Assembly (NCBI GenBank): GCA_964016885.1
Contig: OZ024743.1
Span: 158,348,001 to 158,412,000 of the forward strand
Length of the DNA stretch: 64,000 nt
Direction: 5' to 3'
Origin: Eledone cirrhosa
Taxonomy: Eukaryota
The notes under the pieces were generated by a model. The model had not been told where the DNA came from. It ran no database searches and saw only the letters and a list, made by a program, of their open reading frames with translations. The stretch's first letter is position 1; every line of letters begins with the position of its first letter. The translations under genes were made by a program, and so were the position numbers. This document shows positions 40,170 to 54,731 of the stretch, in pieces.

Positions 40170-42000
40170 CACAAGTACATAGGGAGGATTATCTATGACC
40201 AGTTCATGATAAAATGTCATTCAATGGTATATGTCCAGTTTGAAGCCAGCATAGTCTTTTTTTATTAACATTTCTCAGTGTCTGATATGGTTTAAATGTT
40301 GTCAGATCTCGTTGATAAAGTGGAAGATTCAAATTTGAGAGCTTGTCACTAGATGCTTCCCAATATTTTTCCCATTCTTATTCACTTGTGATAGATTTGG
40401 AATGTAGTCTATATCTATAGATTCCCTTTGTACTCCCTCCTTTGCTAATTCCTCTTTCCTTTGATATCTGTATGGCTTGGTATCTAAATCAATGTTATTT
40501 GTCTATTATTCTTTGAGAGCACTCTCAATATCTCTAACCCAAACCCATTTTTCTTGATTAAAACAGTTCTAGTTTTGATAAACTATCAGTAAATAGAAAA
40601 CCGTTTTCCCCATGGCATTTCTTTAGCTGAATCTGTAGATAATATAATTCCCCATGACTCTGCATCATGTGATGTGAAATCACAATGTAATCTGAAGCTC
40701 ATATCTCTAGTACTATTTTTAAAGACCAAGTAGCTCCACACCCAACTCTCTTGTCTGGATGTGCTCCATCTGTGTAACTGACCCAGTTGCTAAAACTGAT
40801 TGACTGTGATAATGTTATAGAATTCTTTTGCTTCCTCTTTTGAGTTTTTAATTATTTTTATTTAATGGGGAAGCCAAATATTATATTGTTTTCTTTTGCA
40901 TTTAAACTGCGCAGTTAGCAGTTTGCATTTCCGAGAATCAACTAAAAATAGTTATCTTAGGAGTAGATCTTAGATATCCCAATATAGTTTTGCCAATTAG
41001 GGTTCAAAATCTAGTAATTGCTTGAAGATAGCTAGCTGCCATACAAAAATTAAGTATCGATGACTCTCTTAGTAAATAATCTCAAGTGTTTATGTTAGGC
41101 AGTGGAATTTCTTTGAAATAATTTTGATTACATGCCATTTTGAGGTCATTTGTTTCAGTGAGTGGTTGAGATGAGTTTCCAATTTCAAGTCAGTTTGTAA
41201 CCAAATACCCAGGATCTTTAAGTATCACATTAATAATTGATAGGTTCAGTGGATCAATTGTGTTTTAGAGGGATAATTTTCTTTTGCCTATTCAGTTGCA
41301 GTTGATAGGGCTGTGATTTTATTGATGAAGATGATACTAGATGAAGTATATAAGTTGACATCATCTACAAAACCTGATACTGCTACAATTTTATTTAGAG
41401 ATGTAAACAAGTTCATTGTGTAGTATAGAAAAGACTGCGAACCCTGTGGGAGGCCCTTTAGAGGGTAAATAATTTAGCATTTTTCATTTCCAACAATCAG
41501 ACTTATACAATGATTAGGCAGTAAGTTTTCAACCAAGTTACAAAGATAGTCGGGAATTTGAAATTGATGTAATTGTTTAACTAAAGTGTCATGAACTACG
41601 TTATTATAAACTCCCTTTATGTCTAGTGGGATCAAACTGGTTGATTTTTTCAAGAGTTTTGAGTTTCTGGTTAATGTTGTTATTTCATGTACACAATTCT
41701 CAGGGTTTTTATTAACTAGAAATCCAAACTTGGATTTGGGGGAAATGTTCATTGTCTCTCTTAGGTAAGATAAACTATTGCTTATTATTTTTTCTAACAT
41801 TTTAGATAGATTACTTAATAGAGCTATTGAACAATATAATCTTGTAGGGTGATAGTAGTCCTTAGGTGTTGCAAGTGGTAGATAGTATTAGTAATGGAAA
41901 GACCAATGGAAACATTCCTTCATTCAATTTGACGAGTTCCAGCCTTCTCAGTAAGTGAATGAGGTCTGGAATCTTGTCAATTGATTCAATCAATTGATTA
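40170..42000 (-). mobile_element. Old I/Nimb-like LINE with RT and RNase H
   Basis: FGF, LDIKGVYNNV, GLPQGS motifs; TDGA and HDAE RNase-H-like motifs near 40640-40790. Confidence 0.6.
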
Positions 42001-42622
42001 CAAAGTTATTTGTTTGTAGTGAGTAGAGTTGGTTTGATTTGGTATTGTGGTTCATTGTTCACTTTTGTGTGGTAGAATTTGTGGTAGTAATAGTTGACTT
42101 GATGGGTGATTCTGTGAATTGCTCTCTCCCATATAAGCACTGCTGAAATGTTTGCGACTTATAGCAAATGAAATTTGTGCATATGTCTCAGTGAGTCAAG
42201 ACGTGTGGCTGTTTTCGTTGCTATAGTCTGTAGTTGAAGGCTGAATGAGCTGCCATTAGCAATATCCGATGAATAATAACAAACATTGTTACCTTAATAT
42301 TTTTTATTAAGAAATAACTTATGTCGAAGCTATTTTGACAATACAGGAAAATAACAAGGAATCAAGTGAATTATATGTTATGTTTGTGTGTTTGGTTTAT
42401 GTGTGGATGCCGTAATAATCTGACAAGATGCATGAAACTCACTTTAATCAAAGTGCCAACTCTGTCGAGAGGGCTAGAGTTTTTTTTTTGCTAAGTGCTA
42501 CATCCCTCTGCTTGCTGGAGCAAACTAGGTGTGATGTGTCTCTTTTGCATGATGAGAGCAGAATGGTTTGAAGAATGTCTTATCTTAAATAAACTGCCAA
42601 TGACCTTAAATGTTTTCTCCAG

Positions 42623-42724
42623 ACTAACTGGCAACAATTCAACATGAAGGAAAATGAACATCGTCGTGCCCAGAGGTCAGCATATGTGGAAACACAGACC
42701 TACTTTGCTAACATCAGTACATGA
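42623..42724 (+). CDS. Candidate alternative terminal exon (TNWQQFNMKENEHRRAQRSAYVETQTYFANIST*)
   Basis: tgttttctccAG acceptor, phase-0 open frame to TGA; no independent support. Confidence 0.3.
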   Translation, partial: TNWQQFNMKENEHRRAQRSAYVETQTYFANIST

Positions 42725-43344
42725 GTTCAAATTACTGATACAAATTTCTATAAATCTGAATGATGTTGAAATTTAATTATACTGTTAAATAATTTTAACA
42801 TTATTACTTGATTACACTCAATGTTTCAATTATGATTAAATTAGAAATTTCATCTAGACCTGTGGTCATTTCCTTTTTTAACTCATCCTTAACTGTTAGT
42901 ACCCTTGTTCAATAATAGGGTGAAAGTCTACATTTGGAGAGAGTGGAGTAGGGGTTTTGTAATTAGTATTGCTTTGTTAAAAAATTTATTCTGCAAATAG
43001 CAATGAAAATTTGGAAGTGTCTCAGACTACCTCACTATAAATATGATAGGGTATTAAATAATTTAAAACATGACACTAGAGCCCTTGCCTTTCCCTTCCT
43101 TTTCCATTGTCATAACCACAAAAGACACTTGAATTTTTTTACTATAATTCACTTTTATTTCATTCTTAACTAAATGCATCAACTATCATTTAAAACATAT
43201 TATATTTCTTATTTCAAAAGCACATTAGTCAATGGTGTGATCTGATATAAAGATCAACATCAGACAGGATTAACATTCAGAATAAATTTGTAACAAGAAA
43301 AAACATATTACAAATTAAACAGGAATTTTAACAAACATGAAGGT

Positions 43345-43705
43345 TATAATAATGATAATGAAAATTATTGTGTACAGTGCTCAGGTGCACTACAACTCAT
43401 CAAAGGTGCATAGAATAATGTATATAAAGTAATGTACAAATGTCAGGAAAGTGAACAGTGTAAAAGTCATGATATATGCACAGACACTCATACACACATG
43501 CGTGTATGTGTATGGAGGCGGAATATCAGGTGTAGGGTTGGCGAAGCATGGAAGTTTCGAAGGATGCAGTGTCAACTAACAACTGATGCAAGTAGTTTGT
43601 TCCATGCTTCAGCAACTCTGAGTATGAAAAAATCTTTCTGAAAGTCATGGGAGCTGTACCGTTTTCTGATTTTATAAGTATGTCCACAGGTATTCGACAT
43701 ATCGA
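43345..43705 (-). mobile_element. CR1 3' end
   Basis: Homologous to 24390-24750. Confidence 0.85.
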
Positions 43706-45004
43706 ATGAGAAACTTTGAAAATGTGAATGGTTTTTAAGAAGAATCTGTAAACTTTAAAATATAATTGATGTAAAATGCTGGTATATGAATAAAATTTAA
43801 AAACATTTATAAGTGAATAAATGAAAGGAATTATGTAGCTAAGTTTAAAAAGCACATAGAAGAGAAGAAAATAATCTAACTGATGATATTTAAGCTTAAC
43901 AGATAAAAATAAAGAGAGAATCAATATATAAAAAAAAAGAGAAATTATAATGAAAATTGGTTTGGAAGATCCATTCTAATTTGAGCTGTTTCTTCATCTG
44001 TTGTTTTTTATGTTTTTGCTCTTTATGTTTTTTTTTCTTTCTTTTTGTGTTTTTCTTTTCCTTCCTGCCATTAGTCCCAGCAAATTTACTAATAGTTCAT
44101 TAAAACCTCAACAACAAAAGAGCAAATCGGTGGTGGTAATTTAATCTTTTGTTTTAAACTATATTTGCAATCATTTTCCAAAACATATATGGAAATTCAT
44201 TGTCCCACAAATACAGCTATTGGTTAAAAATGCAGAAATCAATAGACTATATATACTAGATATGTTGTTGTTGTTGTCTTCTTCATTGATTTACTCACAA
44301 AATTCCTCTCCTAATCCTCTTTTTCACAAATTGCCTATTTCCCCTCACTTCCTTGACTTTTTATATCTCTTTCCACCAACAATTTTATCATTATCATCAT
44401 CATATCTTTGAACATAATAGTTTCTATGTCCTCATCATGATCATCATCCTCATTATCTTCATCACTATGATCATCATCATCATTATTCTCACCTCCAGCA
44501 ACACCATTGTTATTTCCATCACTATCACCTCTGCCATCTTTCTGGTCCTTACCACTATGTCAATGCCAATGATGCCATTATAATCATCCTTACTACTGCC
44601 ATTAATTCTGGTACCCCCTCTACCACTACCATAATTGTGGAGACCATCATCTTCATCATCATCTAATCAATGCATCAATTACCACCATGGTCAGGTCACT
44701 TCCATAATGACCGATCACTATCCATATCTGTAATGTTATATATCATCAGTTGCAGAACCATGCACACCATTTATTCTATGTTCCAATGTTCCATTGGTCA
44801 AATCTTTTAATGATAATATCTATTTAGTAATATCACTGTGTAAGTTAGCAGCCAACTTCATTTAATGTTAGCCAGTAAGTTATCATCATCTAATGCTGCC
44901 CTACATTGTAACATCACTGTGTATGTTGGGATTGAGTTCAGTTTAATTCTTTTATTGCTGTATTTCAATTAATTTTGAAAATAGCCAAATATTTGGAGAT
45001 TTTC

Positions 45005-45500
45005 TTCTTCGCCCACTTATTCCTGAGAAGGTCATGGGGCAGAGCCTTCAAACACTCCTTCTAGCGGGTCCTGTTAAAAGCAGCCATCACCAACTGATTT
45101 GGCTGGATCCCCAAGCAAGACCAGCCAAGGTCATGGATGTTATCCAACTATCTTGCTTCGGATTTACCCCTGGGTCTCTTGCTGGTTGGTTTTGCCTGTA
45201 AAATCTGTCCAACGATTCATTTCTGAGACATTATAACCTAACCACATGCCCATAGTATCGGAGCTGTGATCTCTCAATTTGGAGAAGTAGTGGCTCTACC
45301 TGGAGTGACTCTCTGATCTCCAGGCTATGCACTCTATCGAGTAATGTTACTCCAAAGACCCTTTGGAGGAACCCCCATTTCAGCCACTTATATTCGTGAT
45401 TGTATTCTTTCAGTCATTACCCAAGATTCATTACCATAGGTAAGGGTTGGCATGAATACCTAATTGAAGATAGTGAGTTTGGCTTTTACACCTACTTCCC
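45005..45500 (-). mobile_element. Expander-like RTE 3' end
   Basis: Homologous to 28240-28700. Confidence 0.75.
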
Positions 45501-45583
45501 TTCATCTGATTACCGAATGCTGATATTTGGAGATATTTAATAAAATTATATAAGCTGCTTGAGAAAATGTTCTTAGATGAAAT

Positions 45584-45765
45584 AATAATTGTTTCTACTT
45601 TTGGCACAAGGCCAGCAATTACCCAGTGTATTACTGGTACTTTATTTTATCGACCCCGTAAGGATGAAAGGCAAAGTTAACCTCGGCGGGATTTGAACTC
45701 AGATCGTAAAGGGACGTAACTATGCTGGAAAGCATGTCTGACCCTCTACCAATACTGCCAATTCA
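45584..45765 (-). mobile_element. SINE family A
   Basis: Reverse complement of consensus. Confidence 0.9.
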
Positions 45766-46104
45766 ACGAAATAATAATGAAAGGTTTTAATATAAAAATA
45801 AACATTTTAAAATGAGTAGTTTTGTGTCATAAATCTAGGGTGGTTCCAGTGAGTCTGGTATCAAAAAGGTTAATGTTAGCCAGTAAATTATCATCCATCA
45901 TCTAAAACTATTGTTTTGTAACATCACTCTATAAGTTGACATTGAGTTGAGTTTAGTGTTAGCTGGTGATTTATCATCTGATGATGATGATGTTTTAAAT
46001 AATAACATCACTGTGTAAATTGTACTGTATTGAGTTTAAAAATTTATGTTAGCCAGTGAATTATGAATTCTGTATTTGTTTTAAAATTACTGTATTTGTT
46101 TTAA

Positions 46105-46290
46105 CCCTTTAGCATTTAAACTGGCAGTATGCAGCCAGAATTCTCTCACCTTTTTCTATTTAAACCATCCGTAATTGGCCGCTCATACTTATGTTAAGGT
46201 ATTGTTCTCAAAATAAATAACATCAAAATCTCATAGTTTCGATATTATGTGAGATATTATGTAGATAAAGCCTTTACCATTAAAATCATC
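46105..46290. mobile_element. piggyBac-like MITE, partial, inverted relative to other copies
   Basis: ttaaccctttagcattta end and internal homology to 52905-53124. Confidence 0.75.
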
Positions 46291-48339
46291 TCGTATATAG
46301 GCCCGGTTATGATTGTGTGATTAAGAAATTCTCTTTACAACTGTGTAGGGTTTAATTCTATCATCTGGCACTTTAAGTAAGTGTTTTCTACCAAAACCTT
46401 TGGTTGACTGAAGCCTCATTAGTGAAATTTCGTAGACAAAAACTGTGGAAGACCATTGGAGGGACCATTCTTGTTGTTGTGGTTGTGTCGTTAAGAAATT
46501 AATTATATAACCGCATAGTTCGGGGTCCAATACTACCGTGCAGCACTTTGAGTAAGTGCCTTTTACCATAGCCTTTGGTTGACCTAAGCCTTGTTCGTGA
46601 AATTTGATAGATGAAAACTGTATTCTTGTTGCAGTGTGGGCGCCTTAATCCATTATTTGGTTTAACACCATTACCTGGACCTAGTCCCTTGTGTTGTAAG
46701 AATTTAGGAAAGGTCTCCAATCTGAGAATTACTTTTGCTCTTCTTCCTATATATATTTTTATACATCTAGGACCAAATTATCTAATATGTCCTGCTTGTG
46801 TTAATATGGTAGAGTGTCATTTCAAGGAATTTGGCTACTATTTCTAGCTGGTCAAACTGCCTTGTAGAGTAGAAGTAAGGAACTCTCCACCTATGGGTGA
46901 AATTTTAGCCGCATTCAAATTTGAAACCATCCATTGGTGGTAGTGCCTACTTGTATATAAAATTATAACATGGCCAAATGGTTAAGAGTTCCTTTCACAA
47001 TCATTAGGTCCTAGATTCAATCCTACTCCATGGCCTTGGGTTGACCCATGCCTTGAGAATAAAATTGGTTTAGACAGAAACTGTTTGGAAGCCCATCAGA
47101 TGGACTGTACCTGTAATTCAAAGAGCCAACTTTGACACACGCTGTGTCATGCTAAATCTCCCTGAAAATTATATTGAGTACATGTGTCTGTGGAATGCTC
47201 AGTGACTTACACATTAGTTTCATCAGTGCACTGGAACAATACTTATCAAAACCAATAGAGGTCCATTTTCATTGTCATCACTATTTTTATACTCCAATAG
47301 GCTCTTATGCACTTGAAATTCGTCCGTGGTACTGAAATGTTTCCTCACCTTTCTTGTAGAGACTTCCTTGGATTGTAATTTTTAGTGGGGTCGTGATACT
47401 GAAATGATATAATTGTTGTTTAGCCCTAGGTCAGCTCTCATGTAGCAAATCTATGATGGAAGAGATTCCAGCTACAGCCATTCTGTTTTTTTTTATATAG
47501 CCATAGTGTAACTTGAAATATTTTGTCTAATGTGTTTTTTCCTTTGTCTAATGTGTTTTTTCAATATGAATGAGTAACTATATAGAAGCTCCCTCCTTGG
47601 CTTGTGTTTGTTATTGTTTAACACCAGGACAGCTCTGTAAGATCAAAGGTATTCCAACCATGACTAACACGTCATGCTTTTTTGGAGGGACAATGCATCT
47701 AGGACCACATTATTATAAATTTGGAGGCTACTTTTATTATTGTGTTGTTGGTAGAAGTCACAATGACGTGGTATTGGCATGTTATTAGAGATTTTGTTGT
47801 CAGTGAAGGCATGGGGCTGAATGGTTAGAGAGTTGGATACACAACCATGAGGTTGTGAGATCAATTCCTCAACATATCTTGAGCAAGACGCTTTATTTCA
47901 TGTTGCTCCTTCTGCCAGGAATTGCAACCAGTAGATAATATCAGCAATGAAAATATTGTTTCCTTAGTTTGATCTGATGAGTTCCACCCCACTTGGTAAG
48001 TAAATGAGGTTTGGATATTGTTGATCTTCCGAAGTTGTCAGTATGGTATTTGTTGTTGATTAGTTGCCACATACAGACCTATGGTCAAAGGCAATACAGC
48101 CTTGACCAACCTATCTTTGTTGGGAGATTCTTTTATCTTATATTCTTTTATTTATTTCAGTTAGTGGACTATGGCCATGTTGAGGCATTGACTTAATTTA
48201 GTTCATCATATCGACCCAGTACTTATTTTTTTCAAGTTTGGTACTTATTTTATTGATCGTTTTTTGTTTTGTTTTTTTGTAGATCCACTAAATTACAGAA
48301 CACAAGAACATAAACACAGACATACATATCATTATTATC

Positions 48340-49164
48340 ATACATTTTCCATGCTTGCATGGGTTAGAGGGGTCCACGTCATAAGACAAGTCTGGTCAGA
48401 TTGACCACGCCATATTTTGCTCAGACAGGACTGTAAATATGGCCGGCATTTTTACAGCTGAATGCCCTTCCTAACACCAACCATATTTACAGTGTGGAAC
48501 TGGATGACCCTGTTATGAGGGAAGACAGGCCAGTTGGCCATGCTGAACCCTTCTCACAGCAGAACCATAGTTTGGGAGCTGCAACCTCATACACAGTGTG
48601 AAATTGGATGACCCCGTTATGAGGAGAGACAAGCCAGTTGGCCAAGCTGTACCCTGCTCACAGTGGAACTATAGTTTATGAGGGAGGTGTAGCTTTATTC
48701 ATAAAAGAAGCCACGTTACTGGGCAGGCCTGCCATCAACCGTGTTTACTGTGTGGAGCTGGGGGGGGGGCCATTATGAGCCAAGTGCGGGGTTGAGTTGT
48801 CAACCCGAGTCTTTTGTCATATGTTGTAACACCAGAGGTCTTGGTCTATGTCATTCTCATTGGGAGATTTAGCTGAGCCAGGTCAGCCTTTATTGTTTTA
48901 GCCCATGTCTTCCTGAGTCTTCCTCTTTCAGGGCATCCTACAATCCGTAATGCCCTGCACCTTTTTAAACATCTTTTTAAACAGCATGTTTCACTTCCAT
49001 GTAGTATTGCTGATCACACACAGGCATTGTACAGCTTGCCTTTTATCTTGAGTAAGAGACCTTTTGTAGCTAACAACGGCAGTAGCTCCCTGAACTTTTT
49101 CCATCCCGTTCTTACTTTGGCAATTGTACTTTCTGCGCAACCACCTCCGCAGCTAATTTGGTTA

Positions 49165-49168
<4 letters not shown>
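48340..49168 (-). mobile_element. RTE 3' part with ~105-bp tandem repeat in 3' UTR
   Basis: GWKKFRELLPLL on minus; tacagtgt..ggatgaccc..gccagttggcca units at 48489 and 48591; abuts (TA)n at 49168. Confidence 0.8.
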
Positions 49169-49226
<58 letters not shown>

Positions 49227-49634
49227 GCTGTGCTTCTGCTGTTACCGTCAACCAAATTCTGTTCACAGGGCATTAGTCACCAAAGACTATAGAAGATGTT
49301 TGCCCATGGTGCCATGCTGCAGGACAGGACCAAAAACTGATTTTGAAGCAAACTCCCAAACCCCTTAGCAATGCTTACACCTATACTCCATTATCCAATG
49401 TATCTTTTCCTTTCCTTTTCCAAGATGGTAGGCTGTAATTTGAGGGATATTTGCTTGCTATTTCTAGTAGTTGGAGCAATAACCACATTGACTCATAGTG
49501 ATAGTTGTAAGTACTGGTATATTTTTATTATATTAGTGTAGTAGAAATAATAATAATCTGATAATTAATAATGAGTGTGTTGTTGATATTTTAGCATGTT
49601 TAAGTTGCTGTTGTTACATTCATTGTTATTGCAG

Positions 49635-49666
<32 letters not shown>

Positions 49667-50821
49667 GGTGGTGGAAGCAGTGACAGTAGCAGCAATGGCA
49701 GTAGCGGTAGCAGATGGTGATGGTGTAGCTGTTCTTACTGTTTCTACCTGTTTATTATCGATTTCAATATCCATCAACCATTGCAATCTGAGACAATTAC
49801 ATCAGCTCATGCATGAAAGAAGATTAGGTCTACTGGAAGTGTTGGTGATACAAATTAACCATCCTGGAGGCAATGTTTTTTTGAATTACTCAACTTTTGA
49901 TAGCAACCAACCACCAAAGTGGTTTGATGGTAGAGAGCACACAGAATTATTGGTTGTGTTATTTGAGAGTTTATTTCAATCACTTTCTTGTGATATCAGA
50001 TAACATCTCAGCTATTATGAAGAGAGCCAACAAGGGAGATCTCTATCTTGTTGTTTGCTCTGCTAGAAATAGAGGACAAATCTTCCTCAAATATCATACC
50101 TATCATTTTATATGCTGGATCTCCATCACTTCCAATGATGAGTGCTCTAGTTGGTTCAATCAAAGGAGCTGTTTGCTTGTGAAATTAGCGTGGAAGTGGT
50201 TGAGCATTCTGCAGACATGTGCATTCTTAACATAGTTCTCAGCAAGATTCAACTTCACACAATGTTTGAATTACTGGTATGACTCACTTTTGCTAACTGA
50301 GTTAACTGGAGCAATGTGATATAAGAAGTCTTGCTCAAGAACACAACATACCACCTGTTTCAGGAATCGAACTCATGTCCTTATGATCATGAGCTGAACA
50401 CCCAAACCACTGAGCCACGCACCTTCATATATCTTATATAAAGAAGAATATATCAGACAATGTAGTCTCTGTTATAGAAAAAGATGAGTTGATCCTATTT
50501 GGAACGTCTTTGATCACAGATGTTCTGAATCAGTGTTGAGCTTTTGCTATATAATAACTAGAAAGTTATGCAGAAGCCCATCATATGGACTATACCTGTC
50601 CTCAGATGGTAGACTTAATCAACACCAGGTTTAAACACCACCATTTCACCTTTAGGCGTCTTTAGAAGAGTTCATTTTGTTGCTTGCATGCAGGCTAGGT
50701 CTCCAATTTGAAGATAATTCAATATCTTGATATGGTGCTTCCTATCAAAGCAGCCCAGATGTCCTAATTTCTAGTCCTTATTCCCTCCAAAAGTCTTGAA
50801 CATCTTGAAAAAGGACATAGG

Positions 50822-50878
<57 letters not shown>

Positions 50879-52611
50879 GAAAGAAAAACAAATAACTGAG
50901 ATTTCCTCTTAGAATTTATTTTAGAAACATTATAGTTCCGTATGTGAGTCTTGAAATTAACTAAAATATTTGTCCTGTGCTTCACATCAATTCTCCAGAC
51001 CTTCTACACTACAGCTGCCTTGTATATCTGTCTGAATCCCACCATTTGTTTCATAATTCAGACTTCATTATTTGAAGAAGATTTACATGACTATACAGTT
51101 AATCAACTTGTCATTTTCTATTGATCATTGGTTGATTCATCTAGTTGGTTCATAATCATTGTTTCTTTGGTCTAAAATAGACAATTTTTCTTTCTTTAGA
51201 TCTATTTTACCTGGGCTGTAAAAGTGTTAACTTATGTAAACCCATCAGCTGGTAATATGATAACCAAATCTACTTTAACCTCTTCAACTTTAAGGAAGAA
51301 GTGACTAAACATCAGATTCAATGCACAGTTTTTGTGAGGGTTTTTTTTAGTAATTGTGAGTATCAGAAACTATCTTATCAAGTAAAGCTGAGAAAATTGC
51401 CTTGTTTGTTTTTTAAGTAGTTTAAACTAAAACCGACATGATTCAGAGGGAATGTACTGTGTGGTCCCACTATACTGCATCTATAGATCTTATTTCACTT
51501 TGAATCTTTTAAGCAATCACCTCCATATCAAAGATCTCATTGACCATAACTGACTTAGAGTACCCATTAATAGCAACAGTAACAACATGTTAAAAGTCAA
51601 GGAAAGCTTCTATGTGGTCATATGACTTGAAAGAAATAGCAGTCAGATCTACTTAAAATTACATCATTCCATTTTTAATAAGGAAATGAAACATTAGAAA
51701 ATGTTGTTCTGCATACCCACCAAACAGAAGAAATCACAACCAATTTAAACCACCGAATGTGCAAACATACATGGAATTATCTAACTAAAAGCTATTAAAT
51801 GGGACATAATTGGGGCTTGTGTGTGAGAGTAACTATATGTGAACTAAAGAGGAAATCAGTGTTTAATTTCAATCTACAAATGTAAAAAGAATCTTAAATA
51901 AAATATTCTGACCTTGGACTATTTATTGATACACCTGTATAGTTTCATGAGACACAGGCTAGAAAGCAGCAGTAGTCTACTTGAAGAGAGTTCATCATCA
52001 ACATCAACAACAGCAATGGCAACATTTTGATGTAAATATCATATAGTTTAAAATAACATCACTATTGAGTTAAATTTCAACTATTGGGAGAGGGAAGAAG
52101 CTTTAAAATTTTGTCTGCCATAACTTGGGACATGACCTTTTGAGTAGGAATTATGTCATTAGTTGATTAAGTTATTAAACCTTGTTGAGAATGTGAACAG
52201 TATTAACTGATTAATGAAGCTTACCAGATATATAATTGGATTAAATACTTGCATTGAATCTAAAATTGAACATAGTATTTTTATTGTAATTCCCTAGAGT
52301 TATTTTTTATACACTTTAAGTTGACAATAAATTTATCAGTCATGAAAGGTAGTGGATTGCCAGAATTGGTAAAATGGGAGACAAAATGCCACACAGTATA
52401 TATTATTGTTAGTAGAGAAAAGTAGTGGGCAGAAGTAATGAAGGATCAACCATATGAAGGAGACGATTAAAGATTGTGACAAGTGGTAAGACACTATCCT
52501 GGTCTAACTCATGCAAACAGAAAAATGGGTAAAAAGATACAGTGTATGCCATTTTGTGATTACTGCTACATTTATAAGGTTTTATGTCATCAATCACATA
52601 TATCCTTGTCG

Positions 52612-52735
52612 TTTCAAATCCCGTCGAGGTTAACTTTGCCTTTCATCCTTACGGGGTCGATAAAATAAAGTACCAGTAATGCACTGGGTAATTGCCAAAA
52701 AGTAGAAACTTGTGCCAAAAAGTAGAAACAGTTAT
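52612..52735 (+). mobile_element. SINE family A, truncated
   Basis: Core match; duplicated tgccaaaaagtagaaac end. Confidence 0.85.
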
Positions 52736-52744
52736 TAGACGTAC

Positions 52745-52794
52745 ATATTCTCTGATGAGAACTCCAATTAAGGTCGAAAATTGTTTAAGAATAT
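52745..52794 (+). ncRNA. Minimal hammerhead ribozyme
   Basis: atattct|CTGATGA|gaact..aggtc|GAAA|attgt TTA|agaatat; 7-bp stem I. Confidence 0.75.
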
Positions 52795-52904
52795 TCATAA
52801 CTTACAGGGAAATACATAAATTTGACATGTTTACACAATTTGCCTAACTCATACAAGTATGGAAAATAGACATGAAATGGTAATGATGATAATGACAATA
52901 TTAA

Positions 52905-53124
52905 CCCTTTAGCATTTACATTGCTCTATATTTACTATAATATTTTCATGGTAAAGGCTTTATCTCACATAATTAACTCACATAATATTGAATCTATGAG
53001 ATTTTAATGTTATTTATTTTGAGAACAATACCTTAACATCAGTATGAGTGGCGAATTTGACCAGCTTGAACAGAAAGAAGAAAGAGAATTCTGGCTGGAT
53101 ATGGCCGGTTTAAATGCTAAAGGG
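52905..53124. mobile_element. piggyBac-like MITE, complete
   Basis: 14-bp TIR ccctttagcattta, TTAA on both sides. Confidence 0.9.
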
Positions 53125-53411
53125 TTAAATTGCGCACTAAGCAGCCAAAGTATATGATCAATTTTTATTTGTACATATACAGCACAGAGTTTAACTGAGA
53201 CTGCATAAATCTGTATATAAATATATAAACATATGTAGACATGTAAACATCAAATTTACATAATTCCCTGTAGATTGAAAGAATTATGAATATTCTTAAT
53301 TGACTTTAAACCCTATTTAGGGTCTCCATCGGGGTATATGTACATCAAAATAATCATAAGGAAATAGGTAACTGAAAGGCTTGTAAATGTAATCATGAAA
53401 ATTAATAATTA

Positions 53412-53827
53412 TGAGGGTTGGCTGAAAAGTTCATAGGCTGAAAAGTTAATAGGCTGATCAAGATACCCCCCCATGGAATGACCAAATGAGGTTTATTATT
53501 TTTCAGGGCGGTGGATTGGCAGTATCGGTAGAGGGTCGGGGGCTATGCTTTCCAGTATAGTTACGTCCCTTTACGATCTGAGTTCAAATCCTGCCGAGGT
53601 TGACTTTGCCTTTCATCCTTACGGGGTCGATAAAATAAAGTACCAGTAATGCACTGGGTAATTTGCTGGCCTTGTGCCTAAAGTAGAAACAATTATTTTT
53701 CAATATAGTCCCTGGAAAGAAACAATGCAGTTATTAATAAGAAGGGTTGAAATTAATGCATACAAGATTTCACAGCTCCAGCATCACTCCCACATAGTCA
53801 GCCTATAAACTTTTCAGCCGACCATTG
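53412..53827. mobile_element. Mariner-like MITE containing a SINE
   Basis: TIR ggttggctgaaaagttcataggctga / tcagcctataaacttttcagccgacc, TA flanks. Confidence 0.75.
53506..53691 (+). mobile_element. SINE family A, full length
   Basis: 11-bp TSD attatttttca. Confidence 0.95.
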
Positions 53828-54731
53828 TAATTTTCATATTTTTAGTACCTACATTAGTGATTAATTTCAATATATATTAAATTGTGCACTAAGCAGCTGA
53901 AGTATATGTTAGATTTATACCTGTGCATATACAGTAAAGAGTTTAACTGAGACTTTTTAAGGTTTAGAAAGCGATATGCTACAGGGTGCATCAGTGTACA
54001 GGGTGCTTTTTATCATAAAATCAACATTGCCTTGTCAAGGCTAAAGAATCCTCTTTATTCTACATAGCCTCTGCTCCTTCAAGGCAAGCTTGAGCAAGAG
54101 TGTAGTTGGGGGTGGGGAATGAGAGTGATTACCAAGTGGCTGAAAGAGGAGAGAATATGGTTATGAGTATGAAGGGAGAAAACAGAGTGATAAGATGATA
54201 GGAGAGGTAGAGGGACAGTAGTAATTGCATGTTGGGTTTTGGCAGTGAATAGGAGATTGAGAAGAAAATAGCATAAGGACTGTAACTGAATAACAATAGG
54301 GATGTGTTAAGGTAGGAGAGAGGGATGGATAGCAACAAAGAAGGACGGTGGTGAGTATGTCAATTAAGAGCCTCATAGGGGAGAGAGATTAATGGTTAGC
54401 AGTTGAGGATGTTGCTATTGGATATAGACACAAGCGATAGATATTAACATATATGTGCATGTGGTATATGTTAACTAAGAATATCATGAAACAGGTAAAA
54501 GTGTAAAAGTGTAAAATATATATATATATTGTTATACTTGGGGAGGGTTATATTGTTGTAATAATATTGCCAGAAATAATAACAGAACACATTCACTGTT
54601 TGGTTGGTTTTCGCTTCTGTATCTTTTATATCTCCACAGTTAATTCATTTGTTTATCATTTGTTTATCATTGACTGACCAATGGTCAAAAATACAGATAT
54701 AATATAGATATAAACACATATATATATAGTC

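Noticed and set aside
44386-44680. Hydrophobic membrane-like ORF
   Set aside because: Degenerate (CAT)n low-complexity tract
47970-48010. CTGATGAG as hammerhead (also 9096, 10050, 10719, 58065)
   Set aside because: No stem II plus GAAA/NUH; 58065 is the RT YADD codons
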